Shown here piece after piece: positions 28,638 to 41,141 of a stretch of DNA of 64,000 nt (within the stretch, counting starts at the first letter, position 1; the number at the start of each line of letters is the position of its first letter). Below the pieces are notes generated by a model. It was not told where the DNA came from. It saw only the letters and a program-made list of their open reading frames with translations, and did not search any database. Made by a program: the position numbers and the translations under genes. Source of the stretch: Chrysomallon squamiferum. Taxonomy: Eukaryota > Animalia > Mollusca. The DNA is taken from contig CM022665.1 of assembly GCA_012295275.1 (NCBI GenBank), positions 40,362,001-40,426,000 on the forward strand, in the 5' to 3' direction.

Positions 28638-28876
28638 TTGTCACGCGATGTGTTTGTTCGCGCCAAAATTAGACCATAACCACATCCATACTTTTTTTTA
28701 TCAAATATCTTGTGACAGTTTTATTTTATATTTATTGTTATTATTGTTGTTTTATTATTACCGATGTTGTTGTTGTTGTTGTTGACTTGAATTTAGAAAG
28801 TTAATGGGTCACCCCTAAAATTATTTATTAATTCGCCACTGGAAAAAAGACAATCATGATGTATATTCTGTTATAT

Positions 28877-28923
<47 letters not shown>

Positions 28924-29051
28924 TCACGTATTTAATAAATCATAGATAACTCAAGAACTATTTGTTTATAATTTATAATTCGTCGTTTGTTAATTTCTTT
29001 CCTTATATATTTATTTTCTTTCATCTTATTTCTTTTTATTTATTTATTTAT

Positions 29052-29083
<32 letters not shown>

Positions 29084-29351
29084 ATTTTAATTATTATCAT
29101 GTATGTAAATAAATGCATAAGCATTAATGTACTACGATATAATTTTATGCTTTTGTTAGTGTACATTATATAGAACTCTATGTATATTTTATCTAATTAT
29201 TCCTTAGCTCACTTATTTTTTTTATTTATAAATCTTTTTTCCTTTACTTTATTTTACTTGCTTGTTTGTTTGTTTATTTCTTTCTTTCTTTTCTTTTCTT
29301 TTATTTTGCTTTTCTTTATTTTATTATGATTATTTTCATTTCTATTCCAGA

Positions 29352-29564
29352 ATGGAGACTGATGTAGGTTTCGAAGAGCCGTCGCCTAGCAACTATGTTG
29401 TCACTGACCCTTGTCTATTGCAGGCCGAACGTGAGAGCAGAGAGACGAATAAACTCCTGCCAGTCATTAAACAGGAACTGCGCTGTCGTATTAAGTACAA
29501 AAGACATGTCGAAGGAAAAGAAGACATTGACGTTGGTTTGAGCAAGTCCCCTAAAAAATACGAA
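29352..29564 (+). CDS. bZIP gene 2 (ATF3/JDP2/Fos-like), coding exon 1
   Basis: ttccag acceptor ends at 29350, ATG at 29352, donor GTTAGT at 29565 (phase 0). ETNKLLPVIKQELRCRIKYKR is homologous to ETKKLTPLLKEELRLQILTKR of gene 1. Confidence 0.88.
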
Positions 29565-29642
29565 GTTAGTATAATTTTTTTTTTTTTTTTTTTTTTTTTG
29601 TTTTTCTCCTTCTTCTTCTTCTACTTCTTCTTCTTCTTCTTC

Positions 29643-29745
<103 letters not shown>

Positions 29746-29817
29746 TATTATTATTATTATTAATCTTAGCATTTTCTCTGGCTATTAACATGTTAATTTT
29801 TAAACCTAATCCTTTTA

Positions 29818-29849
<32 letters not shown>

Positions 29850-29965
29850 AACATCATATTCTATAAGAAAAAATTCGCTAACGCTAATTCTTCCATGCAA
29901 AAGAAATAAATAATGATAATTTAAATTAAAATTTAGTATTTTTCTTTTTCTTTTAAATAAAAAAA

Positions 29966-30034
<69 letters not shown>

Positions 30035-31006
30035 TAATTAATTAATTAATTAATTAAAAATATATATATTTTTTTAAAGTCTTCAAAACCAAAACCGAAA
30101 CCATTTAAAATTAAAGTATGAAAGCTGCCATATGCATTACGACATTAACTGCGTAATTGAACCTGATATCACTTAACCGCAGATATTTAAGGTAACGCTA
30201 CTGGGAAAATACGCTCATCTATTTATAATTCTGGGAAATCCGCAACACTTTGCCGGGTGTAATGTACTTGTGGACGTTATAGATAAAAATTCAGATAAAA
30301 ACGAACAGTAAGTAAGTAACTATGTTCTCAAGAAATAACAATTCTAGGTAAACTGAAAGTGGTCGCACGCGTTTCACGGAATCCTTTTCATAATGTTTAA
30401 ATCTATCGTCTGATAAAATACGTTATGCTTCTTGGTTATGCACTTTTTCTAGGTTTGGCGATTTTGTCGTTTGCTCATCGTAAGCAAAGTACGACGGTAA
30501 AATAATACTCGTAACAAAACAGTCGAACGCCGCCATTTTAGCCCAGTTTGTTCGGTGTTACAAAAGTGCTGTCTAAATCTCAACTGTTCAATTTTGCCTT
30601 ACTGTTGCGATATCTCCATCATGCAAAACTACGTGCCTGGTCCACTGTCCCTTTTCTTTTTTTTTTTTTTTGATTTGAGCATGTTAAATTAATTATGGTC
30701 GTTTATATTGTTGTTTTGTTTTGTTGTCTCTGTCTCTCTTTTTTTTTTTTTTTTTTTTTGTTTGTATTGTTTTGTTTGTTCTTTTTTTTTTTTTTTTTTA
30801 TTGCCGTTTACATTGTTGTTGATGATGTTGATAGTGGAGACACTGATATTATTTTGTTGAACCATTATTATAATGAATACTTTTTTCTTCTCTGTTTTTT
30901 TTTTTTTATTTTTATTTTTTTAATTTAAAAAAAAAATAAAAATAATAATAATAATAATAATTAATTAATTAATTAATTAATTAATTAATTAAATATTATT
31001 ATTCAG

Positions 31007-31114
31007 CTGACGGCGGAAGAACGAGAGAAGAAACAACGACGTAAAGAACAGAACAGACGTGCAGCACAACGATGTCGTGAGAAAAAGAAGCGAATGCAGG
31101 AGGGAACCATCGAG
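31007..31114 (+). CDS. bZIP gene 2, coding exon 2 (basic region)
   Basis: attcag acceptor and GTATCT donor at 31115; 108-nt exon LTAEEREKKQRRKEQNRRAAQRCREKKKRMQEGTIE. Not in the ORF track. Confidence 0.93.
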
Positions 31115-31415
31115 GTATCTTACGTTTACCTTCTCAAGAATTTATTTTTATTTTATTTTATTTTATTTTTATTTTTTTAATTTAAAAAAAAAAAAAAAAA
31201 AAATTAATAATAATAATAATTAAAAATTGAATGAATATATGTTCTCATATTTTTACCGTTTCGCCCATTAAAAAAATTAGATACCAGCTAATAATACCAT
31301 ATCACAGAAATAAACATGCATAAAAGATTATATATATATATATATATGTATATAAAATACGTGAATATTGAAATGTAGACATTGAATAATGACATAATTA
31401 TTATTTTGATTGTAG

Positions 31416-32243
31416 AACTATGAAATGCTACTCAGCAAACACGAAGAACTTCAAGAAGAAATAAAAACTCGTAAAATAGAATTAGAATTTTTAAACAGAA
31501 TATACGAAAGCCATATTCGGTCGGGAACGTGTCAACTCATCAACTCCGAACGAGGAACACGGGCTCAAGTTGACCTTCAACCCGGCGACCTTCAACCCGG
31601 CGACCGAACAGATTTCGAAATAACACCCATCACTGCGAGCCAGAACTGTGACGTTGCAGCACAGCTGTCAAACACTTCCACCATCTTCAACGACACCGGC
31701 ATTCAAGGGCCGTGTTGTGACTGGACGCAAGACTATCGGGAGCACGACGACGTTAATGGCGACAACGAAATCGAGGCGACTCTGACGGAAGCTGTGAACC
31801 AGGAGCAATGTCCTTTCGAGTACGTCGGCCTTTACGACGAAGGTTTGAACTCGCTGTATGAACCGTCGCGTCTGCCAAACGAGAACCGGGGCTCCGAAAA
31901 CTGCGACAGTCCGTTTTACGACAAGGTGTCCGTTCAGCCTTACGACAGTATACCAAACCAGCCTTACGATTACGTGCCAAACCAGCCTTACGACCATGTG
32001 CCAAACCAGTCTTACGACACGTTGCAAAATCAGACCGAAGTGGAAATATTCCAAGACATAATGCTGTTTCCACAGAGTCCAGGTGATGACGACCAGAATG
32101 CTCTGAGCCTTGTCGACGGGTCTGATTCAGCTCAACATTGCGAAGGGTTGTCTTTGTCGCAGTACGAAGAAGACTTTCTCCCACTCGTTCCTGGATGCGA
32201 TCCAAACAGCTTCAATAACGATCTCAATTTTGTTAATCAATGA
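31416..32243 (+). CDS. bZIP gene 2, coding exon 3 (degenerate zipper plus long acidic C-terminus)
   Basis: ttgtag acceptor ends at 31415, in frame with ORF 31425-32243; GC-rich non-repetitive coding sequence. Spliced protein is about 382 aa. Confidence 0.9.
   Translation, partial: NYEMLLSKHEELQEEIKTRKIELEFLNRIYESHIRSGTCQLINSERGTRAQVDLQPGDLQPGDRTDFEITPITASQNCDVAAQLSNTSTIFNDTGIQGPCCDWTQDYREHDDVNGDNEIEATLTEAVNQEQCPFEYVGLYDEGLNSLYEPSRLPNENRGSENCDSPFYDKVSVQPYDSIPNQPYDYVPNQPYDHVPNQSYDTLQNQTEVEIFQDIMLFPQSPGDDDQNALSLVDGSDSAQHCEGLSLSQYEEDFLPLVPGCDPNSFNNDLNFVNQ
31935..32030 (+). repeat. Coding 24-bp tandem repeat x4 (QPYDxxPN)
   Basis: QPYDSIPN-QPYDYVPN-QPYDHVPN-QSYDTLQN. There is also a 15-bp duplication (DLQPG x2) at 31572-31601. 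Confidence 0.9.
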
Positions 32244-32812
32244 AGTGGGCGAGTCAGTAGTTATAAGCACGCAGCAAAAGCCAAAATGACCAAACGTCGC
32301 CCGTAATACGACTGGCAGAGAGAAGAAAATCAAAAACTGTTGTGATGAGCACAAGATTTGAATGATTATACAACACTGCATTCCCAGATCAATTTTGATA
32401 AACATTAATTTATAATTTTTTACTAATATATGAACAATGAACTGATGTTTCTGACTTTACTTTTTGAATTGTTTCGTAAAAGAACTTTTTACGCGTTGTT
32501 TCAAAATAAATTTTTAATATATTTAATAATGCTAATTTTTATGGTGACTATGAAACTTCAAGCATAGTCATTTTAAATAAAAACTAAAGAATTTTAAAAT
32601 GGTAATAATATACGTGGATTATATGATTGTTGAATATTTTTTAAATACCATTTTATTTTCATAAATCCTTTTTATATTAAAAAGGTTTGTATTTGAAATA
32701 AATCATTAAATTTTAAGAAAACATTTTTTTTGTTGTTGTTTTGTTTTATATAAAAGTGAATAATAAAGATGTCTTGTTTTGAATGGAGTTTAATTTGTGA
32801 AAATAGTAATTT

Positions 32813-33494
32813 GTGATAGTAATAGTTGTACAAGTAGCAGCAGTAGTAGTAGTAGCAGCAGTAGCAATAGTAGTAGTAGCAGATGTCGTTGTGATTCTAA
32901 CAGCTTAATATTACTAGCGATATTAATATTAACAGTTACCACTATTAATATTATTATTATTATTATTATTATTATTACTGTTGTTGTTGTCGTCATCATT
33001 ATCATTATTATTATTATTGCTGTTGTAGCTGTTATAATCTAATAAACATAATTACATCTGAATAGCAAAACGAACAACAATTTGCGTCGTATTTGTCACG
33101 ATATCGATCCGAAATCGACTCATTCATGAAGAATGCCAGATGCTTCAGAACTCAGCTGTGATTGGTTGTTTGGGTCTGACGGAAATCCCCGACTGCTGCC
33201 GTTCTGTGAATGAGATAACGGAACGCAGAAAAATTACTCTTTCTTTATAACTGTTACTCAGAGACATCTGTTGTCAAGACAAGAATTACAATAGTGATGA
33301 AATTAATCCACTATCAAGAATGTGTCAGCAGAATATATGAGTGGTAATGATGCATGAAATTACTAAAGTAATCTACACACTTATGTTTAAAATAAAATAA
33401 AATAAAATAATATAGCACAGTATTGGTAAAACTTGCTCAAAAAAATAACAAAAGTAGGCTTAAGTATTAAATGTCTATTTATTCGAGTTTTTAT

Positions 33495-33590
<96 letters not shown>
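32813..33590 (+). repeat. Local segmental duplicate, copy A (copy B at 36175-37255)
   Basis: 33062-33560 is near-identical to 36740-37250, and 32813-33100 matches 36175-36482. Confidence 0.88.
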
Positions 33591-34077
33591 TTTATTTATT
33601 TTATTTTTTTATCTATGTATTATTATAATTTGTTATTATTTATATACGTTTCCTTTTCTATATTGCTTGTTATTAATCTAAAACAGTTTTGATTACTGTG
33701 CTGCAATTAATCGTTGACCTATCGAACAAGATAAGCGTGTAATTGACTGAAAGCGTGTCATTTAAAAAACAAAAAACAAAAGTAAGCTTAAATATTAAAT
33801 GTCTATTTATTCGACTTTTTACATTTTCTCTTGCTTTAATGTTTCTCTCTCTCTCTCTCTCTCGCTCTCTCTAACTTATTTATTTATTTTATTTTTATTT
33901 TTTTATTAATTTATTATTATAATTTGTTATTATTTATATACGTTTCCTTTTCTATATTGCTTGTTATTAATCTAAAATAGTTTTGATTACTGTGCTGCAA
34001 TTAATCTTTGATCTGTCTCAAAGTTCGCTGTCAAAGGACGGCGTCGATTTCACGAAAGTTGTTTTATTCTTTTTTTC

Positions 34078-34138
<61 letters not shown>

Positions 34139-34329
34139 AAGAAAAGGTTTATTAATCTGGGTCTTAAATTATATTTATTATTATTATTATTATTTTATAT
34201 ATGTATGTATGTGTGTGTGTGTCTATGTGTGTGTATATGTTTGTTTGTTTGTTTGTTTTATGTTTGATTGTTTGTTTATTAAATTCCTTCAGTTATTTTT
34301 AATTTTGACATTAAACCGAATGATTAAAC

Positions 34330-34376
<47 letters not shown>

Positions 34377-35145
34377 AATAAATAAATCTGTAACCTAAAA
34401 TATTAAAAACTAGTAAAAAAAATTTTTTTTTTTTTTAAATCCTTCAACTTATACGCGGATATTCAAATTTTATAAAGTAGTTTTAATAAAATATTTATAA
34501 CTGACAGAAATACATGAAGTCGGACCAGACAATGGACGAACACAAAATAATCAGAATGCGTATACATTCTTTATCATTGTTCGTTAAAATGTTCAGTGAC
34601 TTTTGACCTAATTTGTTACTGCAAATTCCGCTGCCGTGTGAGACAAGAATATATATATCATCGGAAATTTTTATTTCCTCAGTAATTCTATTTTTGCCTT
34701 GTCATGCTTATGGGTGTTTCTGGTTTATTTGTTCGTTTGTTTTGTTTTGTTTTGTTTTGTTTTGTTTTGTTTTTATACAGCGTCTTAATGCTCATTTTAT
34801 TTATTCTGTTTGTTTTTTCTGTTGTTTTTTTTTTTTTTTTTTTTTTTTGTTATATATATTTATTTATTAAACTAGACTAGGAAAAACAAACTCCTACAAT
34901 TTATTCGCGGATATTTAAATTTTTTAAAGTAGTTTTATTATAATATTTGTATCTGACAGAAATACATTGAAGACGGAAGGAATTACGGACGAAGAGAAAA
35001 TAAATAAATGTCAAATAAATATATAAATAGTTATGAATAAATTCTTGATTACTGTCGTACAATTAAAATTAAACACAGCTAATCACAACTCTATTATCTC
35101 AAGGTCAGCTATAATTTTTTTTTTTTTTTTTTTTTTTTTCCCCCC

Positions 35146-35274
35146 CCCACATCTACACTGATATTAATACAAACGGGAATTTTAATAGACTCTGAAATAT
35201 CGCTTTGTCACCCGTTCTGCGTTTCTCTGTTTTCTTTTCTTTTAAAGTTTTTGTTAATTTTATATATATATATA

Positions 35275-35324
<50 letters not shown>

Positions 35325-35601
35325 ATAAGAGAGGGTTATTATGTTTTGGGTTTTGGGGTTTTTTGTTTCCGGGAATTTTGTTCATACACTCAAATTTGTT
35401 TTAGTTTGTTTGTTTCTTTTCATTCTTTTATTTATTTGGTGTATGTTTACTGTTGTGGTCGTTTCTTTTTTTTTTTTTTTTTTTTTCCCACATCTACACT
35501 GATATTAATACAAACGGGAATTTTAATAGACTCTGAAATATCGCTTTGTCACCCGTTCTGCGTTTCTCTGTTTTCTTTTCTTTTAAAGTTTTTGTTAATT
35601 T

Positions 35602-35643
<42 letters not shown>

Positions 35644-35781
35644 AGTGTGTTTGATAAGAGAGGGTTATTATGTTTTGGGGTTTTTTTTTCCGGGAATTTT
35701 GTTCATACACTCAAATTTGTTTTTGTTTGTTTGTTTCTTTTCATTCTTTTATTTATTTGGTGTATGTTTACTGTTGTGGTC

Positions 35782-35810
<29 letters not shown>
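35146..35810 (+). repeat. Tandem duplication with ~341-bp unit
   Basis: CCCACATCTACACTGATATTAATACAAACGGG starts at ~35146 and ~35487; each unit contains TTCCGGGAA. Confidence 0.9.
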
Positions 35811-35813
<3 letters not shown>

Positions 35814-36174
35814 TTGTATGTTGCAAGTGGCTGATTCAACGGTAAAGTGATTACAAACTATAAGTGTATATGTGTATATGGATATGTATATCTGTAACGG
35901 ACATATTACCCCGTTTGTGACAAGGTAAACTCAAAGTGACGCGGAAGTATTATTTCTGCCTTTTACAGAAAGATATTTTATCTATTTCAAACGGGTTTTC
36001 CCAAACACCGTGTATATATCTTTATATTACGTGATTACTGGTTTTAACCCTACCCCACTTTGTCTACGTTATTTATATCCACATTTGGTTACTCAACACT
36101 AAAATTACATTAATTACATGAAACTAATTATAGTTAGTGAAGTAGCAGTAGCCGTAGGAGTAGAAGTAATAGCA

Positions 36175-36303
36175 GTGATAGTAATAGTTGTACAAGTAGT
36201 AGCAGTAGTAGTAGTAGCAGCAGTAGCAATAGTAGCAGTAGAAGACGTCGTTGTAGTTAGAACAGCTTACTGTTGCTAGCGATATTAATATTAACAGTTA
36301 CCA

Positions 36304-36346
<43 letters not shown>

Positions 36347-37171
36347 GTTATTATTGTTGTTGTTGTTGTTGTCGTCATCATTATCATTATTTTTATTATT
36401 GCTGTTGTAGATGTTATATCCAATAAACATAATTATATCTGAATAGCAAAACGAACAACAATTTGTCGTCGTATTTGTCACGTGTCATTGACTGAAATTT
36501 AAACGTCTTTATTTCTGCGTTACCCTGTTTGGACTCTGCTGTTTAGGCGCGTGAAAGCGCATGCACAACTTATCATGCTTATAATTCCGATCATTGTTTG
36601 AAAACGCTAACACCTGTGTCGACCGAGAAAATCGGAGTATTATTTTTCCACTCATCTATATTTTTCTTACTCTTTTATTTTATTATTTAGACTGTGTTTT
36701 ATTTTTTATTTATTTATTTATTTATTTATTTACTTATTTATAGCAAAACGTACAACAATTTGTCACGATATCGATCCGAAATCCACTCATTCATGAAGAA
36801 TGCCAGATGCTTCAGAACTCAGCTGTGATTGGTTGTTTGGGTCTGACGGAAATCCCCGACTGCTGCCGTTCTGTGAATGAGATAACGGAACGCAGAAAAA
36901 TAACTCTTTCTTTATAACTGTTACTCAGAGACATCTGTTGTCAAGACAAGAATTACAATAGTGATGAAATTAATCCACTTTCATGAATGTGTCAGCAGAA
37001 TATATGAGTGGTAATGATCCATGAAATTACTAAAGTAATCTACACACTTATGTTTAAAATAAAATAAAATAAAATAAAATAGCACAGTATTGGTAAACAA
37101 TGTGAAATTCACTTGCTCAAAAAATAACAAAAGTAGGCTTAACTATTAAATGTCTATTTATTCGAGTTTTT

Positions 37172-37255
<84 letters not shown>
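36175..37255 (+). repeat. Local segmental duplicate, copy B
   Basis: Matches 32813-33590, with about 260 extra bp at 36483-36739. Confidence 0.88.
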
Positions 37256-37258
<3 letters not shown>

Positions 37259-37763
37259 GTCTGTCTGTGTGTGTGTCTGTCTCTGCTGTATTATTTAAGT
37301 CATCTAACTGAAACTACCCAGGTGATTTTTTACTACCTTTATTTCAGGTTCATTCAGTTAAAACCTACGTATAAAATTCCTTATCAATTTTAGTTTAATA
37401 AACTGTTTATTTCATTACCGTCAACAGATAACGATCTATGTTGCAAGTAACAAAATATTTCAATTTTCGCTGATTCAAACAGAAGTCGTTATATCTGTAC
37501 GCACCGCCGCACATGAAAATTAAAAACATTCTTAAGAATGTCTTTAATCCTTTGTTTGCGAATCCAGTTTTCACAAACGATCAAGAGTTTATCCATGCAT
37601 ATTTAGTCCAATACGTTTTGTATGCAGTGTCTATATTATACAAAGTAAAAACAAATTATGATAATAAAAAAACTGAAATTACTTATAGCTGTTTAAGTGA
37701 ACATGTTTCAACACGTTCTCTTGATGATTAACCGCGGTGTTTGAGGTAACAAATTACATACAC

Positions 37764-37803
<40 letters not shown>

Positions 37804-39294
37804 CTTCGCGTGTCCTTTTCACTAGAGGTATCATTATTAGCTTTATAAGAAACGCGCTTTTTATCTTCTGTTTTTTTTTTTTTTTTTTTTTTTTTTTCTC
37901 GTTTTGCCTTTTGATAACGAGTAATCGAATACACGTTGACGCAGCAGTTGGCGGTCGCCAGCACACCTCCTGCAGACAAACGTCGTCCCTGTGGTCACAA
38001 TTGTGAATAGCACAGTACTGATCTTGTAAACTACTTCATACTTTTACGCCCGCACGCTTTTCCTTCGGTGTTTAATAGATCATGAAGATTTAAAAATGTT
38101 ATGACATTATCAATGACAAAAAAAAAAACACAGGTGGGCTCAGGTAAGTTAAGCAACAAGGTAACAAACCGAATAAGCGAACGGAAAAAACGAAAAAAAA
38201 AACAACAACGCGACAACAAAAGAAAGATGCGACATGCCTTTCGTGGTTAAATTATTATTCGAGTAATCCATCAGACGTTAAATAACAGAATAAAAATATT
38301 TAATTATTTAATCTATTTTGTTAGCGAGCAGACACTAGTGTATCCGTTTACACCTGTTTTTGATTTTGTTTAATTTTTATTATCAAATTAAACAACTAAT
38401 CCATCATTTTATTTTATTTATTTATTATTATTTTTTTTTTTTAAATTAATTTTGGTTTCATAGTTTATTTTTGAAATAAAAAAAAGCAGCCATTTGAGTA
38501 GTTTCCTATATAAACTAATCAAACACAGATATAGCGAGTGTGAATTTTACGCTTAGTAACGTAAAATGAAAAACAAAGCCAAAGTACACTCAGACTGTAC
38601 CCTTCAGTTACAACTACATTCTATATCTTGAATACGATATTTGTAAAAATCTATTACATTAATGAACAAAATTAAATAATAAAATAAATGAATCAAAAAC
38701 TAAGAAAACAGTAAAATATAATTTATTACCGATAACAAAACTTTTTAAAGCAAAAGAAAAATAATTACTACTACTACTACAACTACTGCCATTTTATTAC
38801 TGCTACTAATACTACTACTACTACAACCACTGCTACTACTAAAAGCAACATACAACAGTCACAAACTAGGAAAACAAAAATAGAAAGTTTTACTTATTTT
38901 CGAATCAGTACAAAAACAGAAACGAAAATTCACACCAAAATTAATATGACACAAAAGCTAACAAAGACCGACTTATTATTTCGTTTATAAATTTTAACAA
39001 TGAAAAAAAAAAAAGAATTTACCTAGGCTTGTTTACGTGGCAGAGCAATCACAGGTGTAACAAAACATGAGTCATGGTGGGGGAGATGCAACGCCCATCG
39101 GCATCAAGTCAATAGGTCAGTGCTCCATTAAAGTGACTCATCATTCTAATATTATTAGTTATATCTCTATTTATCTTTTAACTTTTTAATTTTGTTTTAT
39201 TTATTACCGTTTGTAACCTTGAAGCCTTACTATGCATGTACATTGATTTTACAACAAGTTAAACAATTTCACATCAGATATATATGTGTGTGTG

Positions 39295-39351
<57 letters not shown>

Positions 39352-39442
39352 CAATGATTAACACATTAGCTTCAAGCCTTACTACACATGTACCTTGATT
39401 TTACAACAATCTAAACCATTTCACATCAGATATGTGTGTGTT

Positions 39443-39497
<55 letters not shown>

Positions 39498-39663
39498 ATG
39501 ATTAACACATTAAATTAACAACCATTTACATATCAGTTCCGTTAAAAATCAAAATTCAAATGTTGTAAATAGTATAAAAGTGGAAAAATTTAATATATAT
39601 GTATAACTCAACGTATTGACTACGTGTAAATGTAAGTCGGCAAAATGATGACTTATCCTGGAG

Positions 39664-40625
39664 CAGTGGTTCTCAACCTTTTTTTGACAATGGCACACCT
39701 TGGAACACATGAAAAAATAGCGGCACACTTGGCTAAATATATATACGAAAAATATTTGAATTTTGTAAAATAAAAACATGGCAAGTCATAGACGGCATAC
39801 AATCATAGACACAGACTAGTTATAGACACATAGAATGACTCCAACTAAATAAAGAAAAACACAGCTATACTTTATTGCAGTGTTTCGAATTTCATCAGTC
39901 AAATAGCTGGCTTCTTTAGTGAGAAATTTGTTCCTTGCTTTTATTCATAATTTCCTCAGTGTTTGATCGAATATGAGACAGACACACCCTCATTTCTGCT
40001 TTCATTGTATGTAATCTCTCGTGCTTCATGTTTTTGGTATTGTTTAATGTTGAGAAGCTTAATTTACATATATAAGAAGCTGAAAATTGTAATAAAATTG
40101 CTAAAACTCTTTTACATAATATGGGATACTCCTTTTGAATTGAAATCCAAAATGAATCAATGGGGAGAGTCAAATGTCATAATTTTAACCCTCGGTCATT
40201 AGAAAGGGTAACCAGTTCTTCTTCTTCCTGTAACTCAAGTTCAATGTTCGAAGAATAATTTATGAAAGGATCTCTGATCCAGTCATACTTTTCTGTCTTT
40301 AATGACGGAAAGTAATTGTTGATGCTTTCATCCAGGGCTGTCAGATGCGTAAACACAATAGGGATCACTTCTCTAATGCAGGTAGAACGCAATAAAGGGA
40401 ACATATATAGATTGCCAGCGATTGCTCTTTTTTTCCCAAATCACAATTTTCTTTTTCAGGACAGGTAATTTGTCTGTTGAAGTGAGAATATTTTTGTTTT
40501 TACCTTGCATTGTACTGTTTGTTTTATTTTGGGATCACGTGGTTTTTCGCATTTTCTTAATGTGAAGTTCAAAATTTCGCGACAGACTTAGGAAGATCTT
40601 GTGGCACACTGGTTGAGAATCACTG
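39664..40625 (-). mobile_element. hAT Buster/Charlie deletion derivative, 962 bp
   Basis: TIRs CAGTGGTTCTCAACC and GGTTGAGAATCACTG; 8-bp TSD TCCTGGAG (39656-39663) and TCCTGGCG (40626-40633). The empty site TCCTAGCG is present in the other three array units. Confidence 0.93.
39916..40530 (-). pseudogene. Disrupted C-terminal fragment of a Buster-type hAT transposase (ZBED8/SCAND3-like family)
   Basis: MQGKNKNILTSTDK..., GNLYMFPLL, YDWIRDPF and FWISIQKEYPILCKRVLAILLQFSASYICKLSFSTL (hAT dimerisation-like), with a frameshift and an in-frame stop. Confidence 0.85.
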
Positions 40626-41141
40626 TCCTGGCGTGTTCTCTGGTAGAAGAATCCATCGGTGTTCTGTGGTTCCTTTCTCTGGAGAATGTCCTTTAGAATC
40701 ACTCACTTTAAGCACTTTTCTGATTCTCCACCTTTTCTTAAAACGATCAATCCAGCTACGATTAAGTCTTTCACGATCCTTGTGACCAAGTATCCCAGCG
40801 AAGACTCGTGCTTGATGAAGTAACATTTCATCAGTGGATATTTCAGGTCTAGCAGCTCTTTGTCGAAACCATTTAATTAGCTTAGAGTCGACGTCTTCAA
40901 ACGTCACGTGCTTGATGCGTTTCATATTGGCTTTTCTTGAATCGGGATGCTCACCCTGTTCGATGGCCTCGATCACTTTAGATTTATTTTTTAAAATGTC
41001 GTTTAATGTTGTGCGGGGAATCTTAAATTTCTCCGCCGTCAAAATCTTTTTTTCGCCAGGATTGGCTTCACAGTATTTAATTATTTCATACTTCTCACTG
41101 TACGTCTTGGTGATTAGGCGTCTTTTAGCGCAAGTCGACAT
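40620..41141 (-). CDS. pogo/Tigger-derived CENP-B-type DNA-binding protein, copy 1 (173 aa; psq-type HTH plus CENP-B HTH, no DDE domain)
   Basis: KYEII...KFKIPRTTLNDILKNK (HTH1) and FEDVDSKLIKWFRQ...EMLLHQARVFA...SWIDRFKKR (HTH2); CAAAATG start context; stop codon supplied by the hAT TIR. Confidence 0.8.
   Translation of the reverse strand: MSTCAKRRLITKTYSEKYEIIKYCEANPGEKKILTAEKFKIPRTTLNDILKNKSKVIEAIEQGEHPDSRKANMKRIKHVTFEDVDSKLIKWFRQRAARPEISTDEMLLHQARVFAGILGHKDRERLNRSWIDRFKKRWRIRKVLKVSDSKGHSPEKGTTEHRWILLPENTPGQ

Noticed and set aside
31668-32405. Antisense and alternative-frame ORFs over exon 3 of gene 2
   Set aside because: Shadows of GC-rich coding sequence with no independent evidence.
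32244-32770. AU-rich instability elements in the 3' UTR of gene 2
   Set aside because: ATTTA and AATAAA motifs are present but not distinguishable from background in such AT-rich DNA.
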